Shown: positions 26,040-35,229, counted from the stretch's first letter. The stretch: DNA of 42,050 bases from Pirellulales bacterium (GCA_036379555.1 DASVGM010000709.1:1-42050), one strand, 5' to 3'. Translations and numbers: made by a program. The notes: generated by a model from the sequence alone, not told the origin.

Positions 26040-26330
26040 ACCTGGCATAAGTCGTTGGCTCCTGGTGCATGCGAACCGCCGTAGCCTTGCGGATCAGTTG
26101 GGCCTCGCTCTTGAACCGGATTGCCAATCAGGCGAACCGCGCGCGTAAAACGATCTTCGGGCAGCACGCGCTCGACCTCGATTACTACTGGTCGGTGGCG
26201 GAGAGCGAATGGGCCAGCGACATCTTGTTCCGCTCAGCCGCGGACTTATGCCCGCCGGCGCAATGGGAGGGGCGGCGCGTTCGGGCTTTGAATCCGTTTT
26301 CGGTGGAAGACGCGGCTCTGCTGGCGGCGG
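26040..26330 (+). pseudogene. Frameshifted relic of an unidentified gene
   Basis: One frame reads 'ASLLNRIANQANRARKTIFGQHALDLDYYWSVAESEWASDILFRSAADL' then '...EGRRVRALNPFSVEDAALLAAVN'. A neighbouring frame reads 'ISRWLLVHANRRSLADQLGLAL'. There is no start codon or complete ORF. The relic runs into the 3' end of the ModE-like gene on the other strand. Confidence 0.3.
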
Positions 26331-27392
26331 TCAATCCGCTCGCTGGAAACCGCAGGCGCGAAACTTGCGCATCGCGGTGGGCGAGATGAGGAACGCTAAA
26401 AACGCCTGCGCCTCGTTCGCCGAGCGCGCCGCGCTGAGCACCGCGGCGCGGTAGCCGATGTTGATGGCCGCCGTGCGCGGCCGCAATACGATGCGCAGGC
26501 CGAACGTGGTGGCGGCGTCGCTCGTGTAGACGATCGCGGCATCCGCGCGCCCGGCATGCAAAGCCGCTATTACGCCACGCGAACTGTCGGCGGTCAGCAC
26601 GCGATCTTGTAATCGTTCGCTCAACTCCAGTTCGCGCAGATAGACGCCGGTGTACCTGCCCAAGGGCGATTCAGGGTCGGCGATGGCAATCCGCTTGATC
26701 TGAGGTTGCAAAAGATCATGCGGGCGACGCAATCGCAACGACGACTCCTCCGGCACGACAATGGCCAGACCGTTGCGCACCAAGTGCCGTTGTTCGCCGG
26801 CAGCGGAAAGTCCGCCCTGCGTGAGGCGCTCGATTTGCGCGGCGTCGGCGGACAGAAAGAGATCGCACGGCGCGCCGGCCAGGATGTGGTCGGCCAGCTC
26901 GTTCGAGGCTCCAAAAATGGCCCGGACTCGAACCGCCGGCTGCCGAAGTCCATATTCAGCGAGCAGTTGGCCCAGCACTTGTTCCAAGCTGATGGCCGCC
27001 GACACATGCAGATGCGCTTGCCGCCGGCCGGCGTTGAGCACGCGCGGCACGATTTGGGCGGCGGCCGCCCGCACCTCGGTTTGCAGTTCGCGAAAGACCG
27101 CGACCGCCTGTTTGCCGAAGTCCGTCAAGCTGGCGCCGCCGCCTTGCTTTCCGCCGACGGCGCTTTCGACGAGCGTTTTGCCGGCCGCGGTGTTCATGCT
27201 TTGCACCAACAGCCAGGCATGGCGATACGACATGCCGATTTGCCGCGCGGCGGCGCTGATGCTGCGCCAGCGGTCGATGGCTTCGAGCAATTCCAACCTG
27301 CCCGGCCCCAGCACGGCGCGCCCATCGCGTTCCGCCCACACGCGCAACCGCAACGACCAATCGCCGGGCCAGCCTGTTTCTGTATTCTTCAT
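26331..27392 (-). CDS. ModE-type winged-helix DNA-binding domain fused to a ModA-like periplasmic-binding-protein domain
   Basis: N-terminus 'RVWAERDGRAVLGPGRLELLEAIDRWRSISAAARQIGMSYRHAWLLVQSMN...GGKQGGGASLTDFG' is the ModE N-domain pattern. The C-terminal part, 'LHVSAAISLEQVLGQLLAEY...IFGASNELADHILAGAPCDLFLSAD...IAIADPESPLGRYT...ADAAIVYTSDA', is the ModA/PBP pattern. Confidence 0.75.
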   Translation of the reverse strand: MKNTETGWPGDWSLRLRVWAERDGRAVLGPGRLELLEAIDRWRSISAAARQIGMSYRHAWLLVQSMNTAAGKTLVESAVGGKQGGGASLTDFGKQAVAVFRELQTEVRAAAAQIVPRVLNAGRRQAHLHVSAAISLEQVLGQLLAEYGLRQPAVRVRAIFGASNELADHILAGAPCDLFLSADAAQIERLTQGGLSAAGEQRHLVRNGLAIVVPEESSLRLRRPHDLLQPQIKRIAIADPESPLGRYTGVYLRELELSERLQDRVLTADSSRGVIAALHAGRADAAIVYTSDAATTFGLRIVLRPRTAAINIGYRAAVLSAARSANEAQAFLAFLISPTAMRKFRACGFQRAD

Positions 27393-27474
27393 AGAGTTGA
27401 AAGCGAGATTGTTGGAACGCCGCGGGAACGGTAGATTCGAGCGGTTGCGAAAGGACTATTATCCATAAGGTACG

Positions 27475-29196
27475 ATGAATACAAAGCCGCCACTACGCCC
27501 CGATATGATGGTTCGGCAAATCGCGGCGGATTATCCGGCCTGCCGCCCGGTCTTGCTGCGCCACGGCGAGCCAGAGCGGCCGGGCATCAAGCTGGGGCAT
27601 CTGGAGCCGCTGACGCAGTTCGCCAAACGCCAGGGTATTGAGTGCGACGCGCTGTTGCGAGAATTGGCCGTCGCCGCCAATGTCGCCACCGCGCCCGACA
27701 GCGCAGCGGCCAGAAACGTGCATCGGCCGTTCATCGTCGCCGCGCTGGCGATCACGCTTTCCATCGGCGCCGGCTGGGGCGGATGGTTGCTTTGGCAAAT
27801 CGGCCGCGCTGAAAACTTCGAGGCCGTCGCCGACGGGGCCATCGTGGCGCATGGAGAAGCCCAGTTGTGGGGCTTCATCGTGCTGTTCGTGATGGGCATC
27901 TCTCTGCGGCACCTGCCTGTGGCAACCTCGGGGCCCCCCATCTCCACGCGGCTGGCGCACGGCGTGCTCGCTTTGCTACTTGGCGCCATCACCGCGGCCT
28001 TTGCCTGGTCGCTCTTCGACAATCGGCTGGCCTGGCTTGGCCCCGCCAGCGGCATCGCCGCGGCGGCGGCCGCGTTGACTTACCTGGCGATTGTCTCGCG
28101 CTACTCCGCCCAAAAAATCCGCGCGGTGTCGGCACGATTCATCTTTTGCTCGGCGGGCTGGCTTTGCGCCTGGGCGTTGTACACACTCTGGCTGCGAACC
28201 GCTTTTTCCGCTGCCGGCCCCGGCATGTATCCTGAACCGGTTCGACTGCGGCTGCTCGAATTCGCGGCGTTCGGCTTCACGATTAGCTCGATTTATGGTT
28301 TTGGCTTGCGGCTGCTGCCGGGGTTTCTTCGCCTCGGATCGCCAAACGAGCGGCTGATGGAGCTGGCATTCTGGCTGCATAACCTGGGGGCGGCCGCGCT
28401 GGTCGGTTTTGGCGAGCTGCCTTGGGCGCGTGCGATCGCCGCGGCGGCCATCGCCCTGGGCGCGGTTTGCTACGTGCTGGGCATGCGCGGCTTTCGCGGT
28501 CGCGCGCCGGCGGCGCAGGTCGATCGCGAGGTTGCCATGCGCCCGGAGATTGGCGAGCGTTTTTTGCGGCGGTACATGCAGCTTGCCTTCGTCTGGCTGC
28601 TGGTGTCGTTGGTCATGCTGGCGGCCAGCGGCGCGCGATCGGCTTGGTATTCGCTAGGAGAATCGCACGCCTTCATCGGCGCCGCGCGGCACGCGCTGAC
28701 GGTCGGCTTCATGACGACTTTGATTCTTGGCGTCGCGCAGCGTTTGCTGCCGGTGTTGGGGCAAACGCTGTTGGCCTGGCCGCCATTGGTGCGGCCGATT
28801 TTTTTCTTCATCGCCGTGGGAAACCTTTGGCGCGTGGCAACGGAACTGGCCACGGACTTTTGGCCGGCCGCCTACCGCGTAATGCCGTTTTCGGCGTTGT
28901 TTGAGTTGACGGCGCTCTCGCTGTTCGCGGCCAATTGCCTGCGCACCATGTGGCCGCCGCGCGATCGCCTGCAGCGCGAGGGAGCCGTCACGGAGAAATC
29001 GTCGCTCAAGGTTCTGCTGGCCGAGCATCCGGCGATTGAAGACGAGTTGGTGCGTTGGGGGTTTGCCTACATCGCCCGCGTGCGCGCGGTGCCCGGCGAA
29101 TTGACCATTGGTTCCTTCGCGCGCGGCGAGGGACAGTCATCTCGCGAAACGGTCGAGCGCATCAATGCTTGGTTGACTCGCGGCGCAAGCGGATGA
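27475..29196 (+). CDS. NnrS-like polytopic membrane protein flanked by N- and C-terminal DUF1858-like domains
   Basis: About 12 TM segments. 'AHGEAQLWGFIVLFVMGISLRHLP' and 'ARHALTVGFMTTLILGVAQRLLP' resemble the two conserved His-containing NnrS blocks. The ends, 'MVRQIAADYPACRPVLLRHG...LTQFAKRQGIECDALLREL' and 'LKVLLAEHPAIEDELVRWGF...TIGSFARGEGQSSRETVERINAWL', resemble DUF1858. Confidence 0.6.
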   Translation: MNTKPPLRPDMMVRQIAADYPACRPVLLRHGEPERPGIKLGHLEPLTQFAKRQGIECDALLRELAVAANVATAPDSAAARNVHRPFIVAALAITLSIGAGWGGWLLWQIGRAENFEAVADGAIVAHGEAQLWGFIVLFVMGISLRHLPVATSGPPISTRLAHGVLALLLGAITAAFAWSLFDNRLAWLGPASGIAAAAAALTYLAIVSRYSAQKIRAVSARFIFCSAGWLCAWALYTLWLRTAFSAAGPGMYPEPVRLRLLEFAAFGFTISSIYGFGLRLLPGFLRLGSPNERLMELAFWLHNLGAAALVGFGELPWARAIAAAAIALGAVCYVLGMRGFRGRAPAAQVDREVAMRPEIGERFLRRYMQLAFVWLLVSLVMLAASGARSAWYSLGESHAFIGAARHALTVGFMTTLILGVAQRLLPVLGQTLLAWPPLVRPIFFFIAVGNLWRVATELATDFWPAAYRVMPFSALFELTALSLFAANCLRTMWPPRDRLQREGAVTEKSSLKVLLAEHPAIEDELVRWGFAYIARVRAVPGELTIGSFARGEGQSSRETVERINAWLTRGASG

Positions 29197-29303
29197 ACAT
29201 AAACGACACCCCAGGGATTCATGCCGAGGGCGGAATTGATGCTTGAAACTGTCTCGCGCGGCATTGCACATCCGCGGGTGACGGAATTATAGTTCTATGG
29301 TAT

Positions 29304-29954
29304 GTGTTGTGCGACGATCGGAAAAGTTGGCGGCCGAAGAGATTTGGCTATGGTCGCTGGGGTTGGGGAACGGAAATCCGTTTCCCCACCGTCAAGTTGC
29401 TGGATTATGCCGACGATTTGGAGTCGCTGGAAAAAAATCAAAACCCGTTTGCCGTGGTGGTGCTGGCGCACCTGCAAGCTCGGGCGACGCGCGGCGATGC
29501 CGCGCTGCGGCAGGCCTGGAAATTCCGACTTGTCAAAGGCTTGTACGAGCGGAAGCTGGGCAAGGACGATGTCCTTGAATTGTTCCGCCTGCTGGACTGG
29601 ATCATGGTTTTGCCCGATGATTTTGAAGAACAGTTTCGAGAGGAAATCTACCAATACGAGAAGGAGATAAATATGCCATATCTTTCGAGCTTGGAGCGCA
29701 GGGGATTAAAGGAGGGGCTTAAGCGCGGACGGGAGCAGGGGCGCGAAAAAGGACGTGAGGAAGGACGTAAAGAAGGCCGTGAAGAAGGGCTGCGAGAGGG
29801 AATCGCCTTGGCTTTGGAAGCGAAGTTTGGACAGCCGGGCCGAAAACTCCTCACGCGCGTTCGTCAAATCAGCGATGTTGCCGAGTTACAAGGCCTGGCC
29901 GAAATCATCAAGACCGCCAAAACGGCGGAGGACGTGCGCCGGCACCTAAGTTAA
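29304..29954 (+). CDS. Rpn/YhgA-like (PD-(D/E)XK putative transposase) C-terminal fragment with a DUF4351-type tail; the nuclease domain is absent
   Basis: 'NPFAVVVLAHLQA...LVKGLYERKLGKDDVLELFRLLDWIMVLPDDFEEQFREEIYQYEKEINMPYLSSLERRGLKEGLKRGREQGREKGREEGRKEGREEG...LALEAKFG' is the typical C-terminal two-thirds of these proteins. Only ~100 nt separate it from the upstream gene, so no N-terminal nuclease domain can be encoded. By eye, the region is more AT-rich than its neighbours. Confidence 0.6.
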   Translation: MLCDDRKSWRPKRFGYGRWGWGTEIRFPTVKLLDYADDLESLEKNQNPFAVVVLAHLQARATRGDAALRQAWKFRLVKGLYERKLGKDDVLELFRLLDWIMVLPDDFEEQFREEIYQYEKEINMPYLSSLERRGLKEGLKRGREQGREKGREEGRKEGREEGLREGIALALEAKFGQPGRKLLTRVRQISDVAELQGLAEIIKTAKTAEDVRRHLS

Positions 29955-30001
29955 GGCCGCTTTCAGTTCAAGAGTTTCGCTTCGCCTCTGACCGCCGGGA
30001 G

Positions 30002-31543
30002 CTACAAGGTCGGGATCCGGCGATGCCAGTCAGTGGACTGCTGATAGATGTGGCAGGCGCGGAGCAAACGCTCTTCTTCAAACGGCGGCGCTTGCAACTG
30101 CATGCCGATCGGCCGGCCATCGGCGCTAAAGCCGCAACCAAATGCAATGCCGCCGATGCCCGCCAGGTTGGCCGTCACGGTGTAGAGATCTACTAGATAC
30201 ATCGAAAGCGGATCATCGACCTTTTCGCCGATCTTAAAGGCCGGGCTGCTTGTCACCGGTCCTAAAATCAGATCGACTTCCTGGAACGCGGCGTCATAGT
30301 CTTGACGAATCAAGCGGCGGACCTTCAGCGCTTGCAGATAAAACTTGTCGGCATAGCCGGCGCTTAAGGCGTAGGTGCCCAGAATGATGCGCCGCTTTAC
30401 CTCGGCGCCAAAACCTTCGGCCCGGCTGCGGCGATAGAGACGCACCAGGGGTGAATCCAACTCGTCGATCGCCCGCCGATCACCGGCCGACTCCAACCGC
30501 GTTCGTTCAGCGGCCAGCGCCGCTTGCATCCCCTTTTCGTCGGTGCGGTAGCCGTAATGCACACCATCGTAACGGGCCAAATTGCTCGAAGCTTCGCTCG
30601 GCGCAATGATGTAATACGCCGCCACCCCATACTTGCTGTGCGGCAGCGAAATCTCTTTCACCTTCGCCCCCAACGACTGATAAACCTTGATCGCCTCGCG
30701 AACGGCGTGCTCCACCTCGGAGTCAAGTCCCTCGCCAAAATGTTCGCGCACCAGGCCGAGAGTCAGCCCGGCGAGCGGTCGCGTCACGGTTTGGCTGTAT
30801 GCCGGCACGGGCCGATCGACTGAAGTTGAGTCGTAGGGGTCGTGTCCGGCGATCACCTCCAGCAATAAGGCGGCGTCTTCGGCGGAGCGCGCCAGCGGGC
30901 CGATCTGGTCGAGGCTGCTGGCGAAGGCCACTAGGCCAAAGCGGCTGACACGGCCGTACGTGGGTTTCAGCCCGGTGACGCCGCAAAGTCCGGCCGGCTG
31001 GCGAATGGAACCGCCAGTATCAGTGCCGACGGAGAGCGGCGCCATCAGCGCGGCCACGCAAGCCGCGGCGCCGCCACTGGATCCGCCGGGCGTACATTCC
31101 AGGTTCCAGGGGTTGCGGGTCTTTTGAAAAGCGGAGTTTTCGGTCGAGCCGCCCATGGCGAACTCGTCGAGGTTCGTGCGGCCGATCAGCACGGCGTCGG
31201 CTGCTTTGAGCTTGGCGACCGCGGTGGCGTCATACGGGGCGACGAAGTTTTCCAAGATGCGCGAGGCGCAGGTTGTCTTTTCGCCGCGACTACAAAGCAG
31301 GTCTTTCACCGCGACGGGCAAACCGGCCAGCTTGCCCAACTGCTCGCCAGCGGCCCTGCGTCGGTCGATTTTTTGCGCCTGCTCCAGGGCCACGGCGCCA
31401 TCAAAGCGCAGAAAAGCTCCCACCTTTTGATCGTGGGCCTCGATCTGGTCGACAAAAGCCTGCGTCACTTCGAGGGAACTGACGCGGCCGGCCGACAATT
31501 CGGCCAGCAGTTCGGTCGCGGAAAGTTGTGTGAGAGCGGGCAT
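30002..31543 (-). CDS. gatA: Asp-tRNA(Asn)/Glu-tRNA(Gln) amidotransferase subunit A
   Basis: Amidase signature 'GGSSGGAAACVAA', plus 'LAGLPVAVKDLL' and 'GRTNLDEFAMGGSTENS'. The start chosen is the ATG 7 nt after the gatC stop. Confidence 0.92.
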   Translation of the reverse strand: MPALTQLSATELLAELSAGRVSSLEVTQAFVDQIEAHDQKVGAFLRFDGAVALEQAQKIDRRRAAGEQLGKLAGLPVAVKDLLCSRGEKTTCASRILENFVAPYDATAVAKLKAADAVLIGRTNLDEFAMGGSTENSAFQKTRNPWNLECTPGGSSGGAAACVAALMAPLSVGTDTGGSIRQPAGLCGVTGLKPTYGRVSRFGLVAFASSLDQIGPLARSAEDAALLLEVIAGHDPYDSTSVDRPVPAYSQTVTRPLAGLTLGLVREHFGEGLDSEVEHAVREAIKVYQSLGAKVKEISLPHSKYGVAAYYIIAPSEASSNLARYDGVHYGYRTDEKGMQAALAAERTRLESAGDRRAIDELDSPLVRLYRRSRAEGFGAEVKRRIILGTYALSAGYADKFYLQALKVRRLIRQDYDAAFQEVDLILGPVTSSPAFKIGEKVDDPLSMYLVDLYTVTANLAGIGGIAFGCGFSADGRPIGMQLQAPPFEEERLLRACHIYQQSTDWHRRIPTL

Positions 31544-31550
31544 GGCGGCA

Positions 31551-31841
31551 TCACTCGCCGAGCACGGCCGGCACAAGGTAAAACTCCCCGTCGGCGTGCG
31601 GGGCGCGGGCCAGCATTTCCGCGCGCGGATAGCTTTCTCGCAACTCGTCGGGCCGGAATACATTCGATAGCTCAACGGCATGGGCCATCGGCTCGACGTC
31701 TTCGGTGTCAAGCTCGGCGAGCAAATCCATATAGCCGATCACCTGGCCGAGTTGTTCGGTCATGGAGGTTAGTTCCGCCTCGCTCAGTTCCAGCCGGGCC
31801 AAGAGCGAAACGCGTTCGACTTCAGCTCGGGAAAGACTCAT
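31551..31841 (-). CDS. gatC: Asp-tRNA(Asn)/Glu-tRNA(Gln) amidotransferase subunit C
   Basis: 'MSLSRAEVERVSLLARLELSEAELTSMTEQLGQVIGYMDLLAELDTEDVEPM' is the GatC pattern at 96 aa. Confidence 0.9.
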   Translation of the reverse strand: MSLSRAEVERVSLLARLELSEAELTSMTEQLGQVIGYMDLLAELDTEDVEPMAHAVELSNVFRPDELRESYPRAEMLARAPHADGEFYLVPAVLGE

Positions 31842-32182
31842 GATTTGGCGGTGGCTTTCTTTCCTTTACCAGACGCACTCGACGGCGCCGGCTTGCTTTT
31901 AGCGGCTTTGGTGAGCGCCTTGGCATCCGCCGGCAATTTGAACGGAGCGGCCCGCACGACCTTCGTCACGGCCCCGCTACGAATGCACTGCGTGCAAACG
32001 CGCATCGTTTTATTCGAGCCTTGAACGGTCACGCGGACGCGCTGCAAATTGGGCTTGAATTGCCGCCGGGTAATGCCGGTGACTTTGGTGCCCACGCCGC
32101 CCAAGTATTTGGCTTTGCCGCGGGTGGTAATGGAATTGCCGACTTGCGGCGATTTACCGCATACGTCGCAGGCTTTGGCCAT
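31838..32182 (-). CDS. rpmB: 50S ribosomal protein L28 with a Lys/Ala-rich C-terminal extension
   Basis: 'MAKACDVCGKSPQVGNSITTRGKAKYLGGVGTKVTGITRRQFKPNLQRVRV' is the L28 core. About 45 extra residues follow ('AKALTKAAKSKPAPSSASGKGKKATAKS'). The stop overlaps the gatC ATG (ATGA). Confidence 0.9.
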   Translation of the reverse strand: MAKACDVCGKSPQVGNSITTRGKAKYLGGVGTKVTGITRRQFKPNLQRVRVTVQGSNKTMRVCTQCIRSGAVTKVVRAAPFKLPADAKALTKAAKSKPAPSSASGKGKKATAKS

Positions 32183-32241
32183 CGAGCGACTCCGAAACTT
32201 TCTGGTTTAAGCGAAATTGGGTAAACCAGCAGTATATCGGT

Positions 32242-32571
32242 TCACACGTTCGCTGCAAGCGCAGCCGCCAAATCGGCCGGCGCGGCCTTGATGTAGCCAA
32301 GCCCGCGGATGACCTCCAGCACTTCGCTACAGGTAGGAAACATGCGACCACTGCGACGCTTATATTCATCCAGCGCGTTCATGAACTCAACCTCTTCGGG
32401 AGTATATTCACGCTCGCAGGTGGTAGGGTCGATCTGGCGCCGGCGGCTGACTTTCTCGCGGCGTTCGATGGGCCGTGTTTCAGCCGCTGGCTGCTCCGGC
32501 TTTGTTCGGCGGTCGCTCTGTTTCACTCGCCGATCGATCGTCACTTCAAAGTTCTTTTTCGCCTTCGCCAC
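32242..32571 (-). CDS. Small basic hypothetical protein (~109 aa)
   Basis: The GTG start at 32571 is preceded by GAGGAG at 7-nt spacing. The N-terminus is basic. The C-terminus '[42 protein letters not shown]' looks globular. I did not recognise a family. Confidence 0.5.
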   Translation of the reverse strand: MAKAKKNFEVTIDRRVKQSDRRTKPEQPAAETRPIERREKVSRRRQIDPTTCEREYTPEEVEFMNALDEYKRRSGRMFPTCSEVLEVIRGLGYIKAAPADLAAALAANV

Positions 32572-32866
32572 GCTCGCACTCCTCAAGAAAAAGGCCGATG
32601 TCAGACGCCGGCCGGTCCAGTCGAGTAAACTGGGTAAACCTTGCCGTCGTAAACCTAGCATCGGAACTGCGGCCTGGCAAACTTGGCCGGTTAGTAAAAA
32701 TAGACTGTCAGAGTGGATATGCGGATTATGCCGACAGCTCGGATGGCGCAACGACGGATGAGGCGGCACGGCCCGACGAGGTGATGGAACCGATCGATTT
32801 GCTGTTGGTCGTGAGCATCAATCCCAGGCCCAATGGCTCGCCGCGCCGGCGGCGGTGGTAAACGGG

Positions 32867-34000
32867 TTAAAGACTTGAGCTGGGACGAAGTGAAGCTCGC
32901 TGCCGCGTGTAACGCTCCAGCAACGCCAGATCGGGTTCGGCGGCGATGCCCGGCGCGTCGAGAGCGCTCACACATGGACGACCATCCACGCTCTTGGTCA
33001 GCTCGACTGCCGGCCGCCCGAGGTCTTCGGTATAAAAGCGGCTCGACGGAAAAATGTCGGCCGGATAGGTAAAATTGTCGAGCATTGCCAAGGCAATGCA
33101 GATTCGCGCGCCAATCGCGCTTTCGAGCATGCCGCCCACCCAGCAGCCGATCTTCGCCTCGCGGCACATATCATGAATCGCCACCGCGTTGGTCAGGCCG
33201 CCGACGCGGCCCGGCTTGATGTTCACCCAGCGACCGCTGCCCAGGTCGATCGCCTGCTCCGCCTGTTCCACCGAACTGATGCTTTCATCCAGGCAAATCG
33301 GCGTGCGGATGGCCGCTTGCAACCGGGCATGATCGATCAAATCGTCGGCCGCCAGCGGCTGCTCGATCATAGCCAGATTAAAATCGTCGAGTTGGCAGAG
33401 CAAATCGAAATGACGCATGCGAAAGGCCGCGTTGCAGTCAATATGGATGGTAATGTCCGGGTATTCCTGTCGCACCGCCCGCAACATGGCCAAATCCCAG
33501 CCGGGGCGAAACTTCAGCTTGACGCGTGGAAAGCCCGCCTCGACCGCCCCGCGCATGGCCACGATCAAGTCGCCAATGGAATCCATCACGCCAAAATCCG
33601 CACCGACCTCCACCTGATCGCGTTTCGCGCCCAGTAGCCGGTGCAACGGCAGTTGGCGGCGTTGGGCTTCTAAAATCCACCAGGCGTTGTCGAGAGCCCC
33701 CTTGGCGAAGGTATTGCCCTTAAAATGGGACAGCCGCTGCTGTAAGTCGGCGCCCGATTCGATATATTGCCCCACCAGCGGCGGCGCCAGCCACTCGCGC
33801 AGGCAGGCAAAGACTCCGCCTGCCCATTCCGGGCTATAACAGGGTGCCGCCAGCGGGCTTGACTCGCTCCAAGCCGCCTGTCCGCCGCTTTCCATACGTA
33901 CGAGCACCGACTCAGCCACATGGTCGTCGCCGTAGGCTGTACGCCAGGGGTAAAGCAAGGGCATGGCGACGTGATAAAGGTCGATGGCGTCAATACGCAT
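32867..34000 (-). CDS. menC: o-Succinylbenzoate synthase / N-acylamino-acid racemase-type enolase-superfamily enzyme
   Basis: MR/MLE-type catalytic layout: KxK in 'PRVKLKF', metal ligands in 'IHIDCNAAF', 'AMIEQPL' and 'ICLDESI', and a second Lys in 'WVNIKPGRVGG'. Confidence 0.75.
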   Translation of the reverse strand: MRIDAIDLYHVAMPLLYPWRTAYGDDHVAESVLVRMESGGQAAWSESSPLAAPCYSPEWAGGVFACLREWLAPPLVGQYIESGADLQQRLSHFKGNTFAKGALDNAWWILEAQRRQLPLHRLLGAKRDQVEVGADFGVMDSIGDLIVAMRGAVEAGFPRVKLKFRPGWDLAMLRAVRQEYPDITIHIDCNAAFRMRHFDLLCQLDDFNLAMIEQPLAADDLIDHARLQAAIRTPICLDESISSVEQAEQAIDLGSGRWVNIKPGRVGGLTNAVAIHDMCREAKIGCWVGGMLESAIGARICIALAMLDNFTYPADIFPSSRFYTEDLGRPAVELTKSVDGRPCVSALDAPGIAAEPDLALLERYTRQRASLRPSSSL

Positions 34001-34005
34001 GAAAC

Positions 34006-35229
34006 TCAGCTCTTTTTGGCGGGTCCGAACTCGTGAGTATATGGCCGTGGCACGCCCGTCAAATGACGCGACAGAATCGCATACCGCTGCTCGCCGATCA
34101 AGTCGTTCGGCGAAGCGAAGACACGCGACAACTCCTCCATGTCGGCCAGGGAGACGGTCTGATCGTAAGGGCGCTTGGCGCGGCGCGAGACGATCAAGAT
34201 GGAAAAGTCGCCTGGCCGCGGCACGACCAGTTGAAACTGGCCGCTTTCGTCGGCACGAGCGATGGCGCCGCCCAGCGTGCGCAGATCATCCACGGCCGGC
34301 GCCGCGGAAAAATCGTCACCATCGCTCGGTCGCAAGCCGCGTGCGGCCAGCTTGTGCCCTGGAGTTTTGCCGGTGGGTACGGCGATGACGATAGCGCCGG
34401 CGTCTGGCATGGAATGACCGGGCGAAAGTGAATAGAGAATATAACCTTCCAATGGCACCGGCTCGCTGGCCGTCTGTTCGACGGCCTCGGCCTTTTGCAC
34501 CGGCCTGCCGGAGCGGCCGATGGCCAAGCCGGCCAAAAACGCCAACAGCGCCAAGCCGCCCGCCAGCGCCGCCTGGGCATAGACCGCTTTGCGCGAGAGC
34601 ATCAGCACCATGCCATCATCGTGCCGGCCGCGCCGCGCTGCCGACCGGTGGGCCGCTGTTGAACCGCGGGCCTCCGGCGAGCTCGCCGGAGGCGGCCGCG
34701 ATTCAATCAGCGGCGGAACTGGGGGCGGAGCGACGAGGGGCGCGGTGTTGGCCACCACTACGTTGACAGGTGGCGGCAGAGCATCTGGTGGCGGCTGCGC
34801 TGGCATCGCAAGGGTTGGCGGTGGCTGCCGAGGCGGCCCGGCGGCCGGCCGGCCGCTGTCCTCTGGGGCTAAAAACTGCAAAACATCGTCGAAAGCACTG
34901 GCGGCGGCTTGCTGAATGTTGCCCGTACCCGCCGCCGTGGGTGGCAAAGCGGGAAAGGTTTCCGTCGCCGCGTCAAGTAAACCAAGCGTCCGCCCAGAGG
35001 TCGATGGATCAAGCGACGTGGGATCGGGTGGCGTGGGATCGGGCAGCGCGGCGGCCTGCGTCTGCCCGACGTCGATGGTGCTGGCCGTCTGGCCGCCGAC
35101 CTGGCTCAACGACGAGCCGGGAACGACATTCGGCTGCCCGCATTTTGGGCAGGCGACGGTCGTTCCGGCTTTACGATGTGCCACGCTCAGCCGCCGGCGG
35201 CATTGCGTGCAAATGAACTGAACCGGCAT
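34006..35229 (-). CDS. Hypothetical membrane protein: N-terminal CxxC...CxxC zinc ribbon, Pro-rich linker, one TM segment and a C-terminal domain
   Basis: '[33 protein letters not shown]' forms the zinc ribbon. TM '[17 protein letters not shown]'. The stop lies 5 nt before the menC start. Confidence 0.65.
   Translation of the reverse strand: MPVQFICTQCRRRLSVAHRKAGTTVACPKCGQPNVVPGSSLSQVGGQTASTIDVGQTQAAALPDPTPPDPTSLDPSTSGRTLGLLDAATETFPALPPTAAGTGNIQQAAASAFDDVLQFLAPEDSGRPAAGPPRQPPPTLAMPAQPPPDALPPPVNVVVANTAPLVAPPPVPPLIESRPPPASSPEARGSTAAHRSAARRGRHDDGMVLMLSRKAVYAQAALAGGLALLAFLAGLAIGRSGRPVQKAEAVEQTASEPVPLEGYILYSLSPGHSMPDAGAIVIAVPTGKTPGHKLAARGLRPSDGDDFSAAPAVDDLRTLGGAIARADESGQFQLVVPRPGDFSILIVSRRAKRPYDQTVSLADMEELSRVFASPNDLIGEQRYAILSRHLTGVPRPYTHEFGPAKKS

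Noticed and set aside
27393-27474. ModE operator in the divergent intergenic region.
   Set aside because: No TATAT-N-ATATA-like palindrome is present. Only the short direct words AGATT and GGAACG each occur twice. This is insufficient to call a site.
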